NCBI GenBank assembly: GCA_963782525.1
Contig: CAWAKC010000001.1
Coordinates: forward strand, 1-64,000
DNA length: 64,000 nucleotides
Direction of reading: 5' to 3'
From: Candidatus Bathyarchaeota archaeon
GTDB lineage: Archaea; Thermoproteota; Bathyarchaeia; Bathyarchaeales; Bathycorpusculaceae
The position numbers and the translations under genes were made by a program. Positions 57,042 through 64,000 of this stretch are shown piece by piece. How positions within the stretch are numbered: position 1 is the stretch's first letter; each line of letters starts with the position of its first letter. The notes beneath the pieces are model-generated. The model had not been told where the DNA came from. It searched no databases and saw only the letters and a program-made list of their open reading frames with translations.

Positions 57042-57491
57042 TGCTCTTACCTCTGAAGCCGCAAATGAACCATACTTACAGGCAGACCCATTTTCAATAA
57101 AAGCTTTCTGGGCAAATTTCCTTAACTAAACTTAGACAAGGTTTCTTGACAAAGCAGTTAAGACCTTGGTGAATCGAATGTATGGCAATTTTACTAATGT
57201 TCAGGTTATGGCAGCCGTGACTGACAGCGATTGTTTGAACCCTGCGATGCTGAGTTGATCACGTACTTGGTAAAGCCTGATTCAAATTAACCTCTCTAAA
57301 GGATAATCAGATTTCATCCAACGATGAGTTGAATCGAACTAAGCTCAGATAATTCTGCTGAGCTAAAGAAATAAACCTAATACGGAATCTACAGAAACCT
57401 TGACTAAGCCCAGGCAGAAAGTTTGACAAATAATCACTTAAGCAGCTTAACCTCATTATATTACAGGAATGTCAAATTCCAGGTGCCTAAA

Positions 57492-58238
57492 ATGAAGCGA
57501 ATGCCTCTGGTGATGGCGCTATTGATTCTATCCATTACTGTAATTATTTGCCAAGTAGGCGAGGCAACAGCAGAAACAAACGCAAACGCATCAGCTTTGA
57601 TAAGCCATTTTAACGCAAATATTATTTATGCCAATGCCTCAGCAAACTATGTTTTTGCAGAAGTTGACGTCAACTTGACTCGAATCCCAGATCAAATTAT
57701 ACCTGTCGAAGGTGTAACAGACTTCTACAAGATTGAACTAATCTCAAACGGTAAAGTTATAGGCTCAAACATAAGAGGATGCACAATTGGTGCAGGTCTA
57801 TCCATGGATAAGATGATGGGGCTAAGTATGAGTTATGGACACATAGGCACTTCTACTATTAATGGCAACCAAACCATAAGAAAATGGGATGTCTGGTATG
57901 ACCCAATGAATCCAACTTTCGTAGAACCCCTAGCTATTCGTTTGAGCAGAGTGGGATGGGCTATTGTAAATGGCAATGATACATCCATTAATCTCAATTT
58001 AAATCAAGGAGTCCAAGAGGTTTATCTAGCGAAGAGCGATAACTCATATACCTACGGCAAACCTACCCAAAATGACACCCTGACTTCAATTACTCCCGCC
58101 CCTACCACTTCTCCATCTCCGTCACCTATAGAAACTGAATCTTTTCCTGCTACAACTGTAGCAACTTTCTCCTTAGCAATTGTGCTCGCAATAATTGCGG
58201 GTGTGCTGGTTTACTTTAGGATAAGAAAGGGAAGCTAG
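57492..58238 (+). CDS. Secreted hypothetical protein with a C-terminal TM anchor
   Basis: AGGTG SD and ATG 57492, signal peptide, PT stalk, ESFP + TM + basic tail. Confidence 0.82.
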   Translation: MKRMPLVMALLILSITVIICQVGEATAETNANASALISHFNANIIYANASANYVFAEVDVNLTRIPDQIIPVEGVTDFYKIELISNGKVIGSNIRGCTIGAGLSMDKMMGLSMSYGHIGTSTINGNQTIRKWDVWYDPMNPTFVEPLAIRLSRVGWAIVNGNDTSINLNLNQGVQEVYLAKSDNSYTYGKPTQNDTLTSITPAPTTSPSPSPIETESFPATTVATFSLAIVLAIIAGVLVYFRIRKGS

Positions 58239-58331
58239 CAAGTAAGCCAAACCTAGTACGAGAACCCAAGTAAGCAAACCCTACTTCCTTCAGCGCACAA
58301 CATAAACGGCTCTACTTAATGCAAGAAATAT

Positions 58332-58359
58332 AAAACTTCATAAGGCAACAACAACCAAT
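58332..58359 (+). promoter_or_regulatory. Reused promoter module, copy 1
   Basis: AAAACTTCATAAGGCAACAACAACCAAT; the TATA-like box begins 39 nt before ATG 58376. Confidence 0.65.
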
Positions 58360-58375
58360 TGATTATTTGGTCTTG

Positions 58376-59248
58376 ATGGCAATAAAGGCAAGGACATTGA
58401 TTTTAGTTGTTGTTTTATCGGCATTTGGCGCCGCAGCCCACTATGTTACCCCCCAAGATTCAGCCCCTGGCAAAAAACTAGGTAAAGGCATGATTATGGC
58501 AATCTTTGTTATCATTATGCTTTCTGCTTTGGCAGCAGCTTTCATCTTAACCAGACCATTTGATAAAATAGCGCCTGAAGCTACTCCAGGACCGACTACG
58601 GCTTCTGTTCCATATGACTTCAAAATATCCATTGACCAGCCAAGTTTCACCATACGACAAGGTTACAGCTGGGTTGTTACCCTAAGCTTAGAAAGTATCA
58701 GCCGAAACACACAAAATATCGATATGTCCACTGTCAACTTTACTGCCGACTATGACGCAAGCAAAATAAAAGCTGACTTCGGAGTGACCGACTTTCTCTA
58801 TAATGAAAATTTGGGCTCTGAAAACGGAAATGGCACGACAATACCCGCTGGATTTTCAAAGCAGCTAACAATAACCGTTCCGAAATCAACGCCAACAAAC
58901 AACTATACGGTAACTGTATCGGCTTGGGTCGGTTCGGTTAACCATAATACTTCTATTTTGGTTGGGGTTGAAAGCGCTACAGTTTCAGTTCATGGAACAG
59001 TTAGCCCTGGAAAGACGGGTTTGTTTCCAACTACAATTCGATTCCATGACTTGGTATCTGGAGAAATGTTTTCGATAGCAATCCAAGGTAACGGTTACTC
59101 TATTGCAATTCCTAATCACCGAACTTATTCGGTGGCTGCTTGGGAATTTAGAGTCCAGTGGTGGACGTGCGATAGTAATTTCTGGTTAGAAGTAACCCCT
59201 GGAAGTTCTTCATTGAACAAAGATTTTACACTTGTTGAACGCAGTTAA
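58376..59248 (+). CDS. Membrane-anchored hypothetical protein (two N-terminal hydrophobic segments, Ig-like domains)
   Basis: DFKISID, LTITVPKSTPTNNYTVTVSA and YSIAIPN beta-rich motifs. Confidence 0.8.
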   Translation: MAIKARTLILVVVLSAFGAAAHYVTPQDSAPGKKLGKGMIMAIFVIIMLSALAAAFILTRPFDKIAPEATPGPTTASVPYDFKISIDQPSFTIRQGYSWVVTLSLESISRNTQNIDMSTVNFTADYDASKIKADFGVTDFLYNENLGSENGNGTTIPAGFSKQLTITVPKSTPTNNYTVTVSAWVGSVNHNTSILVGVESATVSVHGTVSPGKTGLFPTTIRFHDLVSGEMFSIAIQGNGYSIAIPNHRTYSVAAWEFRVQWWTCDSNFWLEVTPGSSSLNKDFTLVERS

Positions 59249-59373
59249 TCGTTTAGAACGGGTGCGTACACGCCGCTCCGCAAATAAATATGGACATGGC
59301 ACACGCAAGTGATTAGGAAAATTTATAGTCTAATGAGCGAAAAATGCTCTCATTAACGTAAGAACATTGGTGC

Positions 59374-59425
59374 AAAGCTTCATAAGGCAACAGCAACCAA
59401 TAGCCGATTGTTAGATATGAAATAG
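59374..59425 (+). promoter_or_regulatory. Reused promoter module, copy 2, followed by an ATG-AAA-TAG stub
   Basis: AAAGCTTCATAAGGCAACAGCAACCAATAGCCGATTG...ATGAAATAG. Confidence 0.65.
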
Positions 59426-59541
59426 TTTCTGCTTTTCCTTATGTTCTTCTGTTACCCTCTAACTTTTTGTCAGCCAGAAACCTTGACAAACCATAGACAA
59501 GAAAGCTTGACAACAAACCTTTTAGGCGCATCCCAGCACAC

Positions 59542-61389
59542 TTGGGGTGGGGTGAAACGGTGCGAAACAGGTTGAAGCATAGACCACTATGTGACGCCTC
59601 TTTGTACCTAAAAGGCGTAGCTGCAATGGCTTGTTTTATGATCGTTTTGGGGGCTTTCTATACTTTGCCTGTAAAGGCCGATGGGACTATGTTTCGTGGC
59701 GATCTCAACCGGACCGGTGTAGCTTCCGGTCCCGCGGTTTTTGCCGTTTCCTCTCTCTGGAATTTTTCGTCAGGTGATATTCGGGCCTCACCAGTCGTTG
59801 CAAACGGTATCGTATACGTTGTTTCTTTGGACAAAAACCTCTATGCTCTCAACGCAACAACCGGAGTTAAACTTTGGAATTTCAGCGACGCTTACGCGTT
59901 GTATTCAGCCCCTTCAATAGTAGAGGGAATTGTCTATTTTGGTGGGCTCAGTTGCGTCTGGGCTTTGAACGGTACAAGCGGAATGCTGATTTGGAGAGCG
60001 GCTACTATTTCGCCAAACAGTACTGTTCAATCGTCTCCCGCGGTTGTTGATGGAGTCGTTTATGTTGGTTGCTCTGATCAAAATCTTTACGCGTTGAGTG
60101 CAGATACAGGAAACAGAATTTGGGCTTTCCAATCCTCAGGTCAATTCTATTCGTCTCCAGCGGTAGTTGACGGAGTTGTCTATGCTGGTTCAAGCAAGGG
60201 GTACCTTTACGCAGTTGACGCTTATAGTGGCAGATTGCTTTGGGCCTTCCAAACTGGGGGACCTATTGATTCTTCCCCTGCAGTCGTCGATAGGATTGTT
60301 TATTTTGGCTCTTGGGATGGGAATGTGTACGCTGTCAACGTCGCTAACCATGCAAAACTGTGGAGCTACTCCACAGGCGACCAAGTCAGTTGTTCAGCAG
60401 CCGTGGCAAATGGTGTGGTCTACATTGGTTCTGAGGATAACAATTTCTATGCTTTGGATGCAATTAACGGCAGTAAACTGTGGAGTTACACTGTAGAAAA
60501 CGTAATTTACTCATCCCCAGTTGTAGTGGATGGTGTGGTGTATTTTGGCGATGGGAACGGAAACGTTCTTGCCTTGGATGCAGTCAATGGCACACAAATT
60601 TGGTGTTACACAACAGTTGGAGGCGTCTTAGCATCACCAGCCATCGTTAACGGTATTGTGTATATCGCCGCACTCCGAGGCCCGCAGCAGTACAGTACTA
60701 TCCCAACGTTATACGCTTTAGCGGCATCCTCAACTCCCGGACCGTTTAAGACCATGCATATTAGATTTCCACTACCCACTACGCAACCAACGCCAACCTG
60801 GAGCCCCAGCCCAACCGCTACGCCTCTGCAATCACCGATGCCCACCTCTCAGGCAACGTCGAAACCAACTGCTAAGCCCTCACCAACCCCAACTTCATCG
60901 ACTAATTTAACAGCAACAACAGAAAACGGAACTACGTTGTTCCTTGAACTCAGCGGAAATATAACTGAAAGTCAAGTAAGTAGAGCTACGTTGGCCGTAA
61001 ACCAATCTGCGGCAACCACAACACTCTCCTTCACTTTAAACGGGCAAAGTGGCACTGTCGGGTTTAGCAACATAACGATCCCAAAAGCGGTCGTCCTCAC
61101 AGGATCAACACCAATGATTTGGGTAGATACTCAACCTGCCCAAAATCAAGGCTTTACTCAGGATGCCCTTAATTACTACGTTTGGTACACGGCGCATTTC
61201 AGCAGCCACCAAATAGCGATAGTTTTCAGCGCAGATACTTTGCCAAGCCCAACGACGATAAATGGAAGTTTGGGGGGCCAAATTACTTGGACTCAAATAA
61301 TCTTCGGAGTCCTTGGTGCCTTGGTTATTGTATTAGTCACCGTTGGAGTGCTAATACTCGTCAACCGGGAGAGACGCAGAAACCCTTGA
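59542..61389 (+). CDS. PQQ-like (BamB-type) beta-propeller surface protein with a stalk, C-terminal domain and TM anchor
   Basis: MFRGDLNRTG, about eight SSPAVVDGVVY.GS.D..YAL.A..G..LW repeats, PT stalk, VWYTAHFSSH domain and TM. Start uncertain. Confidence 0.9.
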   Translation: MGWGETVRNRLKHRPLCDASLYLKGVAAMACFMIVLGAFYTLPVKADGTMFRGDLNRTGVASGPAVFAVSSLWNFSSGDIRASPVVANGIVYVVSLDKNLYALNATTGVKLWNFSDAYALYSAPSIVEGIVYFGGLSCVWALNGTSGMLIWRAATISPNSTVQSSPAVVDGVVYVGCSDQNLYALSADTGNRIWAFQSSGQFYSSPAVVDGVVYAGSSKGYLYAVDAYSGRLLWAFQTGGPIDSSPAVVDRIVYFGSWDGNVYAVNVANHAKLWSYSTGDQVSCSAAVANGVVYIGSEDNNFYALDAINGSKLWSYTVENVIYSSPVVVDGVVYFGDGNGNVLALDAVNGTQIWCYTTVGGVLASPAIVNGIVYIAALRGPQQYSTIPTLYALAASSTPGPFKTMHIRFPLPTTQPTPTWSPSPTATPLQSPMPTSQATSKPTAKPSPTPTSSTNLTATTENGTTLFLELSGNITESQVSRATLAVNQSAATTTLSFTLNGQSGTVGFSNITIPKAVVLTGSTPMIWVDTQPAQNQGFTQDALNYYVWYTAHFSSHQIAIVFSADTLPSPTTINGSLGGQITWTQIIFGVLGALVIVLVTVGVLILVNRERRRNP

Positions 61390-61450
61390 GAGTTCAAAAA
61401 TTGCTTATTAGATTGGCATACCATGGCTGATTTGTCTCGACCAATCAGGT

Positions 61451-61516
61451 AAAACTTCTTAAAGTAACAGCAACCAATAGCCGATTGTACATATGAAAGG
61501 TGTAGTGTTCTCTTAG
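61451..61516 (+). promoter_or_regulatory. Reused promoter module, copy 3, followed by a 7-codon stub
   Basis: AAAACTTCTTAAAGTAACAGCAACCAATAGCCGATTG...ATGAAAGGTGTAGTGTTCTCTTAG. Confidence 0.65.
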
Positions 61517-61570
61517 GGGAACGGGCTGTTCTTTGGGGAGAGCTAAAAGGTTCTTCAACATTAACTTGTT

Positions 61571-62284
61571 ATGATAGAAGTGTCAAGAACAAAGGTAACC
61601 CAAATTATGGCATTAGTTCTCTTACTATTCAGCAATAGTTTGGGTTATGCCAGCTGCAACATTGTGTTTACAGCGAAAGGGCCTGATTTGGTTGCTACAA
61701 CTTCCCCATACATCATCTCTCCAGCCAATCAGACCTACAATTCAGGATTACTCAATCTGAACGTCAGTTTCAAGGGGTTTATTTGGGGAAATATGTACTT
61801 CTCGATGAACTATAGCTTAGATGGAAAAGACAACCAAACAATTCCTTTAACACCACACTATTTTGGGAGCTTTTTGCAAGGAGACCCCGATAAGAACTAT
61901 TGGGATGGTTCGATAGAATTGCCAGCCCTCCCTAGTGGTTCGCATTGTTTAACGGTCTACTTGGAGGTGATCTGGGAGACCTTTGACTCTTCGGGGTCCC
62001 ACAACCAAACCGAGATTGATCGCCAAACTGTAGATTTCGCAGTCTCTTCGCCAATTCAGTTGCTAATGCCACAGCAACCCACAAACACTTCCTCAACTCT
62101 CCAGCGTCAAATATCCATAAGTCCAACCCCGCTTACAGCAACACAAACACCTCCAAACAATGAACCAACCGCATTAGTACTCTATCCACAAACCCAGATT
62201 GCAGTTGCTTCTGTAGTTTTGATTGTAGCAATTGCTTCTGTCACATGGGTTTACATCAAGAGGCGCAAGTCTAAAACATCTTAG
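61571..62284 (+). CDS. Secreted Ig-like protein with a C-terminal TM anchor
   Basis: IISPANQTY, YSLDGK, LPSGSHCLTVY, TM + KRRK. Confidence 0.82.
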   Translation: MIEVSRTKVTQIMALVLLLFSNSLGYASCNIVFTAKGPDLVATTSPYIISPANQTYNSGLLNLNVSFKGFIWGNMYFSMNYSLDGKDNQTIPLTPHYFGSFLQGDPDKNYWDGSIELPALPSGSHCLTVYLEVIWETFDSSGSHNQTEIDRQTVDFAVSSPIQLLMPQQPTNTSSTLQRQISISPTPLTATQTPPNNEPTALVLYPQTQIAVASVVLIVAIASVTWVYIKRRKSKTS

Positions 62285-62294
62285 CAAAAAACGT

Positions 62295-62330
62295 AAAACT
62301 TCATAAAGCAACAGCAACCAATAGCCATCG
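62295..62330 (+). promoter_or_regulatory. Reused promoter module, copy 4
   Basis: AAAACTTCATAAAGCAACAGCAACCAATAGCC; the TATA-like box begins 38 nt before ATG 62338. Confidence 0.65.
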
Positions 62331-62337
62331 TGTAACT

Positions 62338-63042
62338 ATGCAAAAAAGAGTCTTGCTCGCTGCTTCCATTCTCGTATTATCTCTGCTTGTTATGCTACAA
62401 GGCTTGCTAGTCTCGGATGCTAATCCTCTCCCTTGGTTTGCTGACCCTCAAATGAGTGTGTCTATCCAGTTTCCAACGAATGGAACCATTACTTCTCTTC
62501 CTGTTTGGGTGAATTTTACTTCTCTGGGTGATGGACAGTTTACTGTCTCTGATGACACTACAAAAGAGTGGGTTAGATCATTCTTCTACGTCATAGACGA
62601 GCAGAATATGAAGACGTCGGGTTTGAGGTTTGAAACAAAAAACACCACAATCACAGGTCCAAGCGCACCAAAATATTGCAGCAACTTTAGTGGGCAAGCG
62701 TGCATAACGAACTTGGAAGATGGCCCGCATACAATAACGGTCTATTATGGTGCAGTCAATAGAATTAGTTATGTTGGTACTCCACAAGAAAGCATATACT
62801 ATAGTCCATACTGGCAAGCTACTGCTCAATTCTATGTTGATAGTAACCTTGCCTCAGGTCTCACTATTACTCCAAGCCCAACCCCAACCCAAAGTATACC
62901 TACAATTAACACAGGTGACACATTGCCTGTTGAGTTGAATCCCTCAATAGTCTATATCACACTGGCCATTGTGACTGCAATAATAGCGGTTGCTTCAATC
63001 ACATTGGTTTACTTCAAGAAACACAAACGCAATGCAGTTTAG
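62338..63042 (+). CDS. Secreted Ig-like protein with a C-terminal TM anchor
   Basis: Signal peptide ending ..ANP, IQFPTNGT, LEDGPHTITVY, TINTG + TM + KKHKR. Confidence 0.82.
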   Translation: MQKRVLLAASILVLSLLVMLQGLLVSDANPLPWFADPQMSVSIQFPTNGTITSLPVWVNFTSLGDGQFTVSDDTTKEWVRSFFYVIDEQNMKTSGLRFETKNTTITGPSAPKYCSNFSGQACITNLEDGPHTITVYYGAVNRISYVGTPQESIYYSPYWQATAQFYVDSNLASGLTITPSPTPTQSIPTINTGDTLPVELNPSIVYITLAIVTAIIAVASITLVYFKKHKRNAV

Positions 63043-63145
63043 TCGCTGTTTTAGTGATTAAGCAAAGAACTACAAAGTAGACACTATGGGGAAATTGTAA
63101 TATATTTAGTTAATAATTGATATTAAATTAGCTAAGTGACTGCAA

Positions 63146-63373
63146 ATGGAAGACCCGATGGATAGGATACTAATAGACCCAGAAGTTCTCTCTGGCAAAC
63201 CAGTCATTAAAGGAACCCGCATTCCAGTCTATCTTATCCTCGACCTTTTTGCAAGTGGCATGACACAAAAAGAAATCCTAAATCAGTATCCCACACTGAA
63301 AAAAGAAGACATCAAAGCTGCACTTGTTTATGCTTCAAAATGCCTGGAGAATGAAGAAACAATAGTGATCTAA
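63146..63373 (+). CDS. DUF433-family antitoxin
   Basis: RILIDPEVLSGKPVIKGTRIPV and YPTLKKEDIKAALVYA. Confidence 0.92.
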   Translation: MEDPMDRILIDPEVLSGKPVIKGTRIPVYLILDLFASGMTQKEILNQYPTLKKEDIKAALVYASKCLENEETIVI

Positions 63374-63389
63374 TAAGAGCTGCGCATTC

Positions 63390-63749
63390 TTGGTTAAAAT
63401 GATAGTTGATGAAAATATCCCAAGGGATGTGCAGAAATGGTTATCCAAGAAAGGTTTCGAGACAGTAAACATTTCGAAAATTCTTCCTAGAAGTGCCAAA
63501 GACAAAATCATAGTGGATTACGCTATAAAAAACAAATTGCCAATCATCACCCTCGACAAAGGTTTTGCTCAAATCTACCGTACTTTTCAAAAAGGAACCT
63601 CGCTTACAATCTTGATAGTGAAGGCCAACCCTCCAACACCAATTAATATTATTGAAACTTTAAATTTAGCTCAAAACAAAATGAATCTGAAGGAAATACA
63701 AAACAAACTTGTCATTATTACAAAAAGGAAGATACGAATAATCTCTTGA
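63390..63749 (+). CDS. DUF5615 / Mut7-C-like PIN-domain toxin partner
   Basis: IVDENIP, KD..I..YA and IITLDKGF; directly after DUF433. Confidence 0.85.
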   Translation: MVKMIVDENIPRDVQKWLSKKGFETVNISKILPRSAKDKIIVDYAIKNKLPIITLDKGFAQIYRTFQKGTSLTILIVKANPPTPINIIETLNLAQNKMNLKEIQNKLVIITKRKIRIIS

Positions 63750-63900
63750 ATTGTTTCTATTAAATAACCAAACTTTTTTGTGCTGCAATTTTCGAATAGA
63801 GCTTACGGGGTTAGTCAAGAAACGGGCAAACCTTAGACAAGAAAGCTTGACAAAAAATCTCTTAAGCAAACTCGTTCGCATAATATATCAGGAATGGTAT

Positions 63901-64000
63901 ATGCCAAAGAAACTCTTGGCAACAACAATCATCCTAACAATAGCAATTACAACGTTATCAGCAATACCTACGTCAAAGGAAAATTTTATTCCAGTTCCAG
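63901..64000 (+). CDS. 5' end of a secreted or membrane-anchored protein (truncated by the window)
   Basis: MPKKLLATTIILTIAITTLSAIPTSKENFIPVP..., signal-peptide-like, preceded by the TTGAC-BRE-TATA arrangement. Confidence 0.6.
   Translation, partial: MPKKLLATTIILTIAITTLSAIPTSKENFIPVP

Noticed and set aside
59761-60720. Nucleotide-level tandem repeats or a diversity-generating retroelement target in the PQQ-repeat gene
   Set aside because: The repeats are protein-level propeller blades with diverged codons; no reverse transcriptase or adenine-specific template/variable pair was seen.

Overview
This is archaeal chromosomal DNA. The rpl37e-Lsm pair, archaeal pantoate kinase and PPAT, an AbrB-PhoU regulator and frequent TTG starts fit a TACK-type archaeon; Bathyarchaeia is my inference. 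From left to right: (1) the right end of an integrated element with a tyrosine recombinase and a tRNA-3'-like att remnant (1-3663); (2) housekeeping genes; (3) a four-gene cluster (7042-14579) with two very divergent FtsZ/tubulin-superfamily proteins, one carrying a roughly 400-aa coiled-coil insert and one with degenerate GTP motifs, plus two membrane proteins; (4) an RHH-CblS-like fusion, CoA biosynthesis genes, core-MetE, stomatin/NfeD, vapBC and HtrA; (5) an IS element inserted exactly into a stop codon; (6) a polyphosphate/phosphate island (ppk1, a CHAD-metallophosphoesterase-HD fusion, ppx, ppk2, phoU, pstBACS, a regulator, a second pstS); (7) an accessory region of about 20 kb (44-64 kb) of secreted or surface proteins, interspersed with several families of non-coding repeats. 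These include a symmetric 63-bp element with a 7-bp core that brackets gene modules like a cassette array, and a reused promoter module. Six genes carry apparent single-base homopolymer insertions (likely assembly errors), and several genes appear to start at non-canonical codons. All calls come from motif reading by eye; no database searches were run.
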